This document shows positions 36,104 to 49,100 of a stretch of 64,000 nt of DNA, one piece after another. This DNA is from the human T2T-CHM13v2.0 reference genome, Homo sapiens. The translations under genes were made by a program, and so were the position numbers. The notes beneath the pieces were generated by a model, which worked only from the letters and a program-made list of their open reading frames with translations, had not been told where the DNA came from and made no database searches. The stretch's first letter is position 1; every line of letters starts with the position of its first letter. The stretch lies in NCBI RefSeq assembly GCF_009914755.1, contig NC_060926.1; one strand, given 5' to 3'.

Positions 36104-37017
36104 TTAATATTGTTAAGATAGCAATACTCCCCAAATTGATTTACAGATTCAATGTGATTCCCAAAAAAACTCCATCTGCCTTATTTTTTTGGCAAAAATG
36201 GACAAGCTGGTTCTAAAATTCATGTAGAAATTCAAAAGACAGAATTGCTAAAACAATATAATAAAAGAAGAACAAAGTTGGGAAATTAACATCTCTCAAT
36301 TTCAGAACTTACTACAGACTTCAGTAATCAAGGTAGTGTGATACTGGCATAAAACTAGTCATATAAATTAAGGAATAGAATTTGAGAGTCCAAGAATAAA
36401 CCTTTACATTGATGGTCAATTGATTTTTGACAAGGATGCTAAGGTCATCCAGTGGGGAAGGAATCATCTTTTCAACAAATAGTGCTGGGACAACCAGATA
36501 TCCACATCCAAAAGAATTCAGCAGAATTCCTATCTGAAACCGTATGCAAAAACTAACTCAGAGTAGATTATAGATCTAACCATAAGGGTTAAAACCATTA
36601 AACTTTTAGAAGGTATTATAGGAGTAAATTTTCATGTCCTCAGATTAGGCAACAGTTTCTCAGATATGACACCAAAAGCACAAGTGGCAAAAGCAACAAC
36701 AAAAAAAAGATAAATAAGACATCATCAAAATTTAACAGGTATTGTTTCAAAGAATACCATCAAGAAAGTAGAAATACAACTCACAGCATGGGAGAAAATA
36801 TTTGCAAATTGTATATCTGACAAGGCACTTGTATCTAGCATATACAAAGAACACTTACAACTCAATAATAAAAAGGCAAACTACTCAATCAAATCATGGG
36901 CGAAGAGGTGAATAGGCCTACCTCTCCAATGAAGATAAACAAATGGTCAATAGGCACATGAAAAGATATTTGACATTATTAGTTATCAGGGAAATGTAAA
37001 TCAAAACCACAATGAGA

Positions 37018-37276
37018 GGCTGGGTACCATGGCTTACACCTGTAATCCTAGCACTTTGGGAGGCCGAGGTGGGTGGATCACTTGAGGCCAGGAGTTCGAG
37101 ACCAGTCTGGCCAACATGGGGAAATCCTGTCTCTACTAAAAATACAAAAATTAGCTTGGTGTGGTGGTGCATGCCTGTAATCCTAACTACTTGGGAGGCT
37201 GAGGCATGAGAATTGCTTGAGCCTTGGAGGTAGAGGTTGCAGTGAGTGGAGATTGTGCCTCAAACAAAACACAATA
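37018..37276 (+). mobile_element. AluS/J with deletion near the 3' end
   Basis: TSD A(A/C)CCACAATGAGA; right arm jumps from GATTGTGCC to TCAAA. Confidence 0.9.
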
Positions 37277-38019
37277 ACCCACAATGAGATGCTACTTCAC
37301 ATCTATTAGGATGTCTTGAATCAAAAAGTCCAGTAGTGTTGTCAAGGATGTAGAGAAATCAGAATCCTCATACTCTTCTGCTGGCAACATAAAATGGTAC
37401 AACCACTTTGGAAACCAGTCTAGTAGTTTCTAAAATTATTAAACATAGAGTTACTATATGACCCAGAATTTTACTCCTAGGGATATACCCAAGAGAAATG
37501 CAAACATATGTCCTGACGAAGATTTGTATACAAATTTTCAGAGCCATTTTTAAATATTTCTATTTATATAAAATGTTGTAAAGTTTTATTTGTATCAACC
37601 ACTGATTACAAATTAGTCATAGTAATGTTAAAGTATTTAACTTTTTACTTGATTTTTATTAGACTTACTCATTTCTTGCTTGAGATTCTCAATAGTGCTC
37701 TGATAATCAAAACAATAGACATAAAAGAATTCACTTATTTTGGTGTAGCTTTTGGCCAATTAGTACTTGGCAAACAACAACCAGAATATTATCTGAGGTC
37801 AGCTTTAACAATTCTTTAATTTTCCTTGCATGTAAATGAGTACATGTGCACACATACAATATTTCTTTCACTGAAGCCACCAAGTAAGTGGCAGGCCAAA
37901 AAGAAAAGAAAAAAGAAAAAAAGGCAAGAATCATGTTTAAAACATCACCCATAGAAAAGATAACTCTCAAAATTGACTATATTTTCATTAAGTTCAGAAT
38001 AGAGAACTTGCTTAGCAGG

Positions 38020-38440
38020 TGAATCAGTTTGGATTAGGCGTGGCTCCTTACAAAAACAGCGACAACAAAAATCCCAAATAAAAGTAGCTAGACAAGCAGA
38101 AGTTTATTTTTCTCACATAAAAGCAATCCTGAGGTTGGCAGTCAAGGGCTGGCATAAGTGTTCCACAATGTCATCAGGAAACCAGACTCTTTTCAGCTTC
38201 CCACTCCATATCTGGATGTGATCCTTGTTCAGCAGTATTATCTACTTTGAACAGTAAAATAAAAGAAGACAAGAAGGGCTCACCCAACACTTCTTATGAC
38301 TGATCACCAGCACTTAGTCTTACAACTAACTGCAATGGACACTTGGAAGTGTAATCCTTTAGTTAAGCTAAAAATATATAAATCTACACTAAGGAAGGAG
38401 GAGAGAGTGAAAAGGAGGCAATACCTAGAAATCTCTGCTA
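38020..38440 (-). mobile_element. Old MLT1 (J/K/L-like) LTR
   Basis: AGAAGTTTATTTTTCTCACATAA...GAGGTTGGCAGTCAAGGGCTGG. Confidence 0.55.
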
Positions 38441-38825
38441 TAAGAGTGGTGTAACAATCATCAAAATTTCTGTCATTTCGAGTCTAACCAAGCAATGAGC
38501 ATAAACAAGTTATATTTATAAACTGCACTTAGAAATTTTCAATGAGCTTCCATAAATTAAATGTAAACTTTTAAGTTTTTTTTCTACTTTTATGTGCCAA
38601 TGGTAATTATCCTGCAGCCATGTTACTCATATATATTTTTCAAAAGCTGTGTGCCAGATCAAAAAGTTATAATGTTCAATGCACACAATGAACTCTGTTT
38701 TCAATCACTGTGCAAAAGGGAGGAATGTTTAGAAAAAGCAAGTAATCACTTAAGTAATGGCAGAGTCTGAAACAGATTATAGGGTACCATGTCAATTTCT
38801 CAACAAACATGGAGACTTTTCCCCC

Positions 38826-39284
38826 TGTAGGTGCTTGAAGATGGCTAAAAATTATTTGATTCCTCCTTCTATTGAGGCTGGATTCTACCTCTCTTCTCAG
38901 TAACCTGGCTACCCCTGTAATATGCATCTATTAACAGAATGCAGTACAAGAAATGTTATGTAACTTCTGACGCTAAGTCTCAAAGGATTTGCAGTGTTTT
39001 CCTTCATTGCTTGAAATACTTTCTTTTGGAACCCAGTTGCCATATACTTAGAAGTCTAAGCCAAGTTGAGAAGCCATGCGTAGAAGGAACAAAATACAAG
39101 CCAATGCTAACTGCCAGTCATGTGCATGAATTATATTGGATGATGGAGCCCAGTCAGATCTGCCCTCAGCTGAGATAAAGAGTAAATAGAGTAAAACAAT
39201 CCAGATGAGCCTGTCAAACCTTATGAAATATGGTACATTTTTTGGGCCACTAAGATTTGTTATACAATAATATATAACTGACAC
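38826..39284 (+). mobile_element. MLT1 (G/H-like) LTR
   Basis: AAGATGGCTAAAAATTATTTGATTCCTCC...GCCACTAAG...TAACTGACACA. Confidence 0.65.
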
Positions 39285-42200
39285 ACACACAAAACTGACA
39301 CACACACCCTCCCACATTAAATCAGTGATAAAATACAATTTGTTTTCATATGGCATTAGATTGAAAATATTTGTTGTCTTTCTAAAATAATGATTCTTAA
39401 ACTTGTTAAATCATTAGGAAATGCCAATTGCTCCTTATGAATCAAGACTATGCCTTCTCACCTTTAAATCCATACTGCATGGACTAGTAGTAGACTGAGT
39501 CACATGTAAATATTTATTTAATAAAAGATTCTTTTCAAGAAATACACATTTATAATGTCAAAAGTAAGTGAGGTATAAAGAATGAAAACTTTTTGATAAG
39601 CAGTGTAAAAATCTCAATAAAAGATTTATTCTTTTGGAAATTATTTTGAGCGTTTTAAGGTGAATGACATTTACGGATAGAATGTTTTCCTTCAATAAAA
39701 AAAAGGAAGGAATAAAAAAGAAAGCCACTTTTGGTAATCTCTCATTTTGTTAGTCATATTAAATTGACATTTGATTTCTGGCTATTTTTCAAAACATATT
39801 TCCTGTACTGTTTGTAGAGTTCTGCAAGTTTAAAGTTCAGAGCCAAATTTGTATTGCATATATTTTTACTACATTGTAAAGAACAAGACTTTTGACTACA
39901 GACATTTTTTAGATCCCCCTCATGTGATTACTTTGTGAATTTAATAGTCTATACAATTTAAATCTCCCCTTTCTAATTCTAAAAGGTGATATGGAGTCTA
40001 TGCATGACTAAGAATTCAATGTAAAGATAAATTTTAATTATAATTTATAATTCTATACTACTGAGAGTATGTAATTATGAAAAACAGCTCAAGAGAATAT
40101 TCTTTATATTCTTAAAGTTACAAAAATTATGTGGCTTAGAAATAAAGACATTTCATCTAAGAATATCTCCTTATTTAAGAATGTAAATAATTTATTTCAA
40201 GAAATTAATTTCTTGAGTAAAAGAGTATGAGTAATCTAGAAATTACTCATACCTTAAAACCATATAAAAATATAATAAACAATATGAACTATTATCAGAA
40301 CTACATAATCATTGTACCTTTGTATACAACAAACGTATTCCATGATTTTAATAGAATTTCAGGCATTTATTAAAGATATCACTGATTGTGTGGCATCTAT
40401 AAAACATTTCAATTTAGATAGCTTCGAAATGGCTGACTAAAGGTACCCAGCACTCACCTCCCCCACAAAGAAGGACAAAAGAGCAAGTAGATAGCCCCAT
40501 GTTGAATGGACCTTCTAAGACAGAACACAGGAATTCAGCAAGGAAATGACAAGAAACCTCTGAATCACCAAAGGATAGAGAATCAAAGCAGTCAGCCTAG
40601 TCAGTATTGGCTTGGAGCCAGGAGAAACTCCTCATTGAGGGGAAAAAGTAAGCAAAATATCCCCAGTGAGCCACATTCCCATGCAAACTCCAGCAATGCA
40701 GCCAAGGGAGAGCCTCTCAGCCCTCATGGGCCCCAAGACTAGTATAGGGAGCTGCCTGGAGTCCACACAAGAGCTTGGTTCCAGAGAGGGACTTTGCATT
40801 GGGTTCCACACACTATCGAGACCCAAGCAACTGCAGCACAGCACCATTTTGAGACCCCACCTTCCACCTGACTACATCTTGCTCTACCTGCATCTCCACA
40901 ACCCTGGAGCCCCACTGCCATCCCTCAGAGGGTTGCAGTGTTATGATGCCAACTGGACCCAGCAGTACAGCACATTGTCTAGCACTCTAGCCACACAATA
41001 TCCTAGACCCCAAAGAACAGGAGGTGAAATGCAACAAGGAGGCTGCCACTGGACAACGGGAGCTAAAGCATACACCTCCCAGAGCCTGAGAGCTGCATGC
41101 CCAGGGCTGCTGCTACCACTGTAATCAACCTCCCTTCCTCTGGCAGCAAAGCCACTGCTCATGTCTTCAAGGGGCCTGGGTACTGGCATGAATGAGCATG
41201 TCATCCAGGTGCCCAGGGATAAATCTGCCCCACTTGTGGCCTTCAGTACCTGCACACACTACTGGGGGTCCTGAGGACAGTCCCACTCCATCACCACTGC
41301 TGTCTGTGCATGCTCCTGGGGGCCTGGGGGTAGGCCTGCCCTGCTGCTGCCACCAGTGCACACATGCACTGTCCAGGGACATAAGAAATGAGACCACCTT
41401 ATCCACACTACCAGTACCCACATGAACCTCCCTAGGGCCTGGTGACCAGCTCATCCAGCCTACCACCACCACTGCTGGCACCTGTGCATGCCACTCAGCA
41501 GAGCTCATGTACCACCACCAATGCCATGCATGCCATCCAGGAACACAAGGCCTACCTGGCCAACTACTGCCAGCACCCAAGCAAGCTGCTTGGAGGCCCA
41601 AGGACTGGTCTGCCTAGGCCCACCATTGCTGGCACTCACATACACTACTCAGGGGCCCGAAGACCTGCACACCCAGCTCGCTGCTGCCACCACTGACACC
41701 CAAGGACTGGCCCTCCTGGCATCCCTGTCTTGTGCAAAACCTCACCATAGCCTCTGCTAACCACTGCAAGCTAAGCCACTGACGAACTCACAGATGCTGA
41801 TTGTAGTGAAAAAAATTATACAGACACTATACTACTGCAGCCACTCAGAATCAGAGCCAAAACATCCTACCTAACCAATGCTATAAATACATGAAAAAGT
41901 CTTTCTCTACAAAAACCAATCCATAAAATTTGAAGGAGTAACTCATACTAAATGCACAGATATCAACACAAGGACACAATAAATATATAAAAGCAAGGAA
42001 ACATGATGCCTCCAATGAAAAAACAACACTTCTCCAGTAAAAGATCCCAAAGAAAAGAAAATCTATGAAATGCCTGAAAAATTATTCAAAATAATGATAT
42101 TAAAGAAACTAAGTGAGATGCAAGAGAACACAGATAAGCAATACAAATAAATCAGAAAAAACAATTTATGGCTATTTTGACTGAGCAACCCTAGTGACAG

Positions 42201-42359
42201 GAGCCAAAGCAGCAGCATAGGTTGTCCCCATTTCCCTTCCCCTTTCCCTTGTCAGGTGGACTATATGGGCCCTCCTATGCCCCAGAGACTCAGTCCTACC
42301 ACATCCCAGTAACAAGAAAGAGAGAACCCTGTGGAGAAGACCAACAAGGAGAAACGAAG

Positions 42360-42638
42360 ATGCAGGATAAAGAAGGTATTCTCTCTGAGAGAGTTGAGGA
42401 GCCAAAGCTAAAGTCCAAATACCTAAACCTAGGACAAGAGCCCGGAGGCTCCAACTTCCTCATGAAGAGATTACAGAAAGGGAAAAGGTACTTTGTCTCA
42501 GGAGACTACAACATGGCCAAAGCCAAGATGAAGAGTAAGCAGCTTCCAAGTGCAGAACCAAAGAAGAACCTGGTGACTGGTGACCACATTCTGCCCCACA
42601 GAAAGTCCTTGGTTATCACCAGCAAGCTTGCAGGGTAA
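42360..42638 (+). CDS. Residual 92-aa endosulfine-family ORF in the retrocopy (translation unproven)
   Basis: AAGATGC start, open to TAA at 42636. Confidence 0.25.
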
Positions 42639-43304
42639 CCCAGGCTGCCCTCTCCTCCTACTCCTCACCCCACTGGATGTTTACATATTATAGGCAGGGA
42701 TGAAATGGACACCTAGTCAGATCTCAGTTACCAGGCAAAAATGACTATGATTCTCCTAGTGGCTTCTGAGAAGGTAATGTAAGTTGAAGGGGGACTCTGA
42801 GTCCATTTCTTTGGTTAAATTGAGACTCCTACATCCTCCCTATAATCCAGGTAGGGCCCAGAAATAGGAAAGACTAGGATTGGATAATGCTGCAAATGCT
42901 TTCTCTTTTGTGAGAAACTGGAGAGATGTGATTTCTCCTTTTGGAGGAGAATATCCCATAATTGATTAAGCTGAGCCTTGGGAATAATACGGCAGGTTTA
43001 ACATCCAAAAGCTAACCTGACATAGTTGGAAAAGGTAGATTAAATAAGACATGTTTTTGTGCTTCTAAGTGTTTTGTCCCTTATGCTGCTATTGCTTCAT
43101 GTTTCCATTACGGCAGGTTTAGAAAATCCTTACAAAGAAAGACAGACTTGCTTGCCTAAAACTACAATGTCCACTTAGCCCCCTTTACTTAGTATCTCTT
43201 GCAGTTTGCCCTGGCTCTCAAATAATGTAAAGATTGATGAACATTACTCACAGAAAATGGGCACTTTTTCTCTCTCTCTTCCAACATGTTGCTTTTGAAA
43301 ATAT

Positions 43305-43460
43305 CGTGGGATAATGGGAAAAGCACTGGTTTAGGAGTCAAGGCATCTGGGTTCTAGTTCTACTTCGTCTCAGCAGAGCTCATGTATAACCTTTAAGTCA
43401 TTTAGCCTCTCTGGATTTCCATTTCCTCATCGCTAAAATAGAGTTAAATATATATAAAAT
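43305..43460 (+). mobile_element. MIR carried within the retrocopy 3' region
   Basis: AAAAGCACTGGTTTAGGAGTCAAGG...CTGGGTTCTAGTT...TTTCCTCATCGCTAAAAT. Confidence 0.75.
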
Positions 43461-44997
43461 TGATTCTGATTCTAAAGCCCTATAACTTCCAGCAGAAAAA
43501 CGCTGTATTGATCATTGTAAAATTAAAAGTGAGGAAGGCCAACAGGTGATGAAGTAATACTGTGCTGCTATGAAATACTGGGAAAGTATTACACAGGGGA
43601 ACCATTTGAGGGCTACATGAGGAGAGAGAAAGTTGAGATTTGGGAGTTACAAATTCAGGCAAGTGAACCTGAACCTCATATAGGGCATGGTCTTCAGAGT
43701 CCAAAAAAAAAAAAAAAGCAGCAGCAGCAGCTACCCATGGAAGCTTCTTGCCTCTGACCCAGTCCACTTTTCCAGTCTACATCGGGGCCTTAGCTTCTTA
43801 AAAGCTGCTCTGGCAGCAGAACTGTGCACCTGGGAAGACATGCTCAATCATGCCTGCATATGTGCTGACCCATGGGTCAGATATAATATGATGCCAGGTG
43901 TATTTTGGGAAAAAGGGAAGAAAAGGGATAAACTGAACTAGCCTTTGGGGCTTATTACTACAGGGGAGCTGGATGAGGAGGTACTTAGGAGATGATTCAC
44001 CTTGGAAGAAGCTGGGGAAAGTGTTTAGGGAGACGAGGAAGACTGAGAAATCTCTGCCTTCCCAGAACTCAGCAACCCAGCTCTTATGTGATGTGGAGAA
44101 GCAGCAATGCTGGTGATTCATGAACAGGAGGAGGAAAGGACTTGAAAGGGACCAGCATCTACAATCTAGTTCACCAGCTTGCACTGAATCTTACTGAATA
44201 CAACCTGCTAGTTATAACAGAGAAGGCCAGGGTGAGAACTAACTATTCAAGAGAGCAAGATTCTGTAATCTTCCCTTGCCCTCTTACATCACAAATTCCA
44301 ATATACTAAACATTTGGCCCAGTGAGAATGTCTGATGAACTAGCTGATGTGCATGTAGGGGGATAAGGTGTGTATGTACTTCTCTTCTGACTGGCCATTC
44401 AATTGTCAGGCTGTCATTCAGATTGGACATGAGAAAGTTGGTAAGGAAGGAATGAAGAGAGCAGGATCTCTGGAGTCCCTGGCCCCTAAACTCCTTGGCT
44501 GTCACTTGTATATAATTTTTGTATTTCTGGCTCCATTTCCTCATGCTATCATCCTTAATCGAAAGTCCATATGGGAAGGGGAAAATGCTGAGCATCACTG
44601 TATAGTTTCTTCAATGGTCCTAGCAATGTTGCACATAGATATGTCATATTATTACATACATAAACTTTAAAAAGGCATGATCTAGATGAGAAATTCAACA
44701 AAAGTTATAAAAAAGCTAAACAGAAATCCTGGAACTGAATAATTTAATCAATGAAATTTTTTAAATGCACCTGAGAGCTCAACAATAGACGAAGTCAAGC
44801 AGAAGAATTTTTGACATTGAAAACACGTTTATAGAAACAAACCAGACAAAGAAAAACAATTTTTAAAAAGAAGAAGAAAGCCAAATAAGATATGGGACAC
44901 TGTAAAGTGATTAAATATTCAAATTTGGGGTGTTTTGGAAGGAGAAGAGATGATCAAAAGTACAGAGAACCTATATAATTAAATAATATCTGAAGAC

Positions 44998-45315
44998 GGC
45001 TGGGTGCAGTGGCTCATGCCTGTAATCCCAGCACTTTGGGAGGCCGAGGTGGGTGGATCACGAGGTCAAGAGATTGAGACCATCCTGGCTAACACAGTGA
45101 AACCCCACCTCTACTAAAAATACAAAAAATTAGCCAGGTGTGGTGGTGGGTGCCTGTAGTCCCAGCTACTCAGGAGGCTGAGGCAGGAGAACGGTGTGAA
45201 CCTGGGAGGCAGAGCTTGCAGTGAGCGGAGATTGCACCACTGCACTCCAGCCTGGGGGACAGAGCGAGACTCCTCTCAAAAAAAAGATAAAAATAATAAT
45301 AACAATAATAATAAT
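44998..45315 (+). mobile_element. AluY/Sc-like
   Basis: TSD AATAATATCTGAAGA; GAGCTTGCAGTGAG. Confidence 0.95.
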
Positions 45316-45717
45316 AATAATATCTGAAGATATCTGCAATAGATATAGACATCTGGATACAGGAAGCTAAAAAATTCTTAAATAGACTCAACTCAAAAAT
45401 CTCTTCCCAAGGTACATCATCAAACTGTCAAAAAAAGATAAAGATTTCTAAAAACAAGAGAAAAGTGTCAAGTCTCATATAAAAGAATCCCTATCAGACT
45501 AACAGAAGATTTCTCAACAGAAAACTTACATAAATCCAGTAGAAACTGGAATGATATACTCAAAGTGCAGAAAAAAAAAACCTGTCAGCCAAGAATACTA
45601 CATGCAACAAATCTATTCTTCAAAACCGAAGAAGAAATAAAGTCTTTCCCAGACAAGCAAAAACTGATGGAATTCATCACCATTAGATCAGTGCTAAAAG
45701 AAACGCTTAAGAGAGCC

Positions 45718-46149
45718 TGTCTTAGTCCATTTGTGCAGCTATAAAGAAATACTTGAGGCTGGATAATTTATAAAGAAAAGAGGTTTATTTGGCCCTTGGT
45801 TCAGCAAGCTGTTCAAGAAACATGACACTGGCATCTGCATCAGGTAAGGGACTCAGGCTGCTTCCTCCAATGGCAGGAAACAACAACAACAACAACAACA
45901 AAAACCTGGCATGTGCAGAGATCACATGGTGAGAGAGAAAGAATGAGAGCAAGTAGATGCCAGGCTCTTTTTAACAACCAGCTCTCACAGGAACTGGTAG
46001 AATAGGAACTCACTCATTACCATGAGGATGGTACCAAGCCATTAAGGAGGGATCTGACCACATGACCCAAACACCTTCAGGCCCCACCTCCAACTTTGAA
46101 GATCAACTTTCAACATGAGATTTGGGGAACAAACATCCAAACTATAGCA
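45718..46149 (-). mobile_element. MST (MSTB-like) MaLR solo LTR
   Basis: TGTCTTAGTCC...AAACATCCAAACTATAGCA; 5-bp TSD GAGCC/GAGTC. Confidence 0.9.
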
Positions 46150-49100
46150 GAGTCATACACCTGGATGCAAAAAAACAATATCTACTATCTTGAAAACACA
46201 CAAAAGTATAAAATTCACTGGTAGAATAGATACACAAATGAGAAAGAGAAGGGTCTGAAATGTTACCACTGTGGAAAACCACCAAACTGTAAAAGTAAAC
46301 AGTAAAAGAGGAAGAAAGAAACAAAGGATATTTAAAAAAATCAGAAAAATTTCAACAAAATAACAGGAGTAAGTCCTCACATATCAATAACAACCTTCAA
46401 TGTAAATGGTTTAAATTCCCCAACTAAAAGATATAGATTGGCTGCATGGATTAAAAACAAAAACAAGACCCAACTATATGCTGCCTACAAAAAACTCCCT
46501 TCACCTCTTAAGACATAAACTAAAAGTAAAGGGATGGAAAAAGATATTACACACAAATGGAAACCAAAATTGTGTAGAAGTAGCTATACTTACATCAGAC
46601 AAAATAGAATTTAAGTCAAAAAACATAAAAAGAGACAAAAAAGGTCATTACATAATGACAAAGGGATCAATTTAGCAACAGGATATTACAAATGTAAATA
46701 TATATGCACCCAGCACTGAAGTACCCAGATATATAAAGCAAATATTATTAGAGTTAGATAAAGCATAACATAATAATAGTTGAGGACTTCAACACCCCAC
46801 TTTCAGCATCGAACAGATCATCTAGACAGAAAATAAACCAAAAAATCCCATCAAATTTAATCTGCACTATAGACCAAATGGACCTAATAGACATTTATAG
46901 GACATTTCATCCAAAGCTGCAAAATACACACTCTTCTTATCAGCACATGGAACATTCTCCAGGATAAGCTACATGTTGGCCTACAAAACAAGTCTCCACA
47001 CATTTTTTAAAATCTAAATCATATCAAGTATCTTCTCAGACCTCAATGGAATAAAACTAGAAATCAGTAATAAGAAAACTTTGGAAACGATACAAATACG
47101 TGGAATTTAAACAAAAAGCTCCTGAATGATCCCTAGGTCAATGAAGAAATTAAGGAAACAGTGACAATGGAAACACAACATACCAAAATTAATAGGATAC
47201 AGCAAAAGCAGTGTTAAGAGAGTTTATAGCAATAAACACCTACAACAAATAAGTAGAAAAATTTCAAATAAACAATCTAACAATATGCCTCAAAGAGCTA
47301 AGAAAGTAAGAAGAAACCAAACCCTGAGTTAGTAGTGGGAACGAAATAATGAAGATTAAAACAGAAATAAGCAAAATAGAGTCTAAAAAAGACACAAAGG
47401 ATCAGTGAAACAAAAAGTTAGTTTTTGAAAAAGGTAAAATTGACAAACTGCTAGCTAGACTAACCAAGAAAAGAAGATCCAAATAAATAAATTCAGAAAC
47501 AAAGAAGGAGATATTACAACTTATAACACAAAAATACAAAGGATCATTAGAGATTATTATGAACAACTATCTGCTAATGAATCGGAGAACTTAAAAAATG
47601 AATAAATTCCTAGAGACATACAATATACCAAGATGAAACCAGGAAGAAAGAAAATCTGAACAGACCAATAAGGGCTAATGAGATTGAATCAGTAGTAAAG
47701 TCTATCATCAAAGAAAAACTCAGAACAGGATGGTTTTACTGCTGAATTCTACGAAACCTATAAAGAAGACCTACCACCAATTCTTCTCAAACTATTTTTT
47801 TAAAAATTAAGGAGGAGGAAATCCTAATGTATTTTATGAGACCAGCATTACTCTGATACCAGAACCAGACAAGAGCACAACAAAAAAAGAAAACTACAGG
47901 CTAATATCCCTGATAAACATAGATGCAAAAATCCTCAACAAAATAATACTAAAGCAAACTAAATCCAACAATACATCAGAAAGATAACACACCATGTTCA
48001 AGTGCAATTTATCCCAAGGACACACAGATGGTTCAACATAGACAAATCAATAAAGGTGATATATCATATCAACAGAATGAAGGAGAAAAACCATATGATC
48101 ATCTCAATAGATGTAGAAAAAGCATTTGGTAAAATTCAACATCCCTTTATGATAAAAACACTCAACAAATTAGGCATAGAAGAAACATACCTCAAAATAA
48201 TAAAGGCCATATATGAAAAGCTCATAGTTAACATTATACTGAATGGGGACAAATTGAAAAGCTAAGAACTGGAATGAGACAAGGATGCCCACTTTCACAA
48301 CACTTATTCAAAATACCACTGGAAGTCTTAGCCAGAAAAATCAGGCAAGAAAAAGAAATAGACATCGAGACAAACAAATCAAAAAAGAGACATCAAAATT
48401 GGAAAATAGGAAGAGTAACTGTTCCTCTTTGCAGACAACATGATTTTATATATTAAAAAAACTAAAGACTCCACCAGAAAACTTTTAGAACTGATAAATG
48501 AATTCAGTAAAGTTGTAGGATACAAAATCAACATATAAAAATCAGTAGCATCCCTATACACCAATAACAAACTAGCATAAAAAGAAATCAAGAAAGCAAT
48601 CCCAATGATAATAACTACAAAAAAAACCCCACAAAATACCTAGGAATAAATTTTACTAAGGATGTGAAAGACCTGTACAATGAAAACTATAAATCATTGA
48701 TGAAAGAAATTGAAGAGAACACAAAGGAATGATACCCTATGCTCCTGGATTACAATAATTAATATTGAAATGACAGTACTACCCAAAGCAATCTACAGAT
48801 TCAATGCAAACCCTATCAAAATACCAATGGCATTCTTCAAAAAACTAGAAAAAAAATCCTAAAATTTTTATGCAACCACAAAGAACCATAACTGGCCAAA
48901 GAAATACTGAGCAAAAATTAAAAAGCTGGAGGCATCACACTACCTGACTTAAAAATATACCACAAAACTATAGTAATCAAAGTAGCATGGTATTGGTATA
49001 AAAACAGACATATAGACCAATGGAATGGAATAGAGAACCTAGAAATAAATCAACATATTTACAGCCAACTGATTTTCAACAAAGGCACCAAGAACATACA

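Larger units (their letters stand above)
42170..44676 (+). pseudogene. ENSA: Alpha-endosulfine processed pseudogene (5'UTR, intronless CDS, ~2-kb 3' region)
   Basis: [54 protein letters not shown]...VTGDHI...TSKLAG; ancestral ATG now ACA (42301), early TAA and a 1-nt deletion; host L1 ORF1 resumes at ~44677. Confidence 0.93.

Noticed and set aside
40506-41760. Cluster of overlapping 70-150 aa ORFs
   Set aside because: GC-rich L1 5'UTR with low stop density; no recognisable protein
42222-42359. N-terminal extension giving a 138-aa ENSA-like protein
   Set aside because: Starts at a non-ATG codon and translates 5'UTR plus out-of-frame ancestral codons
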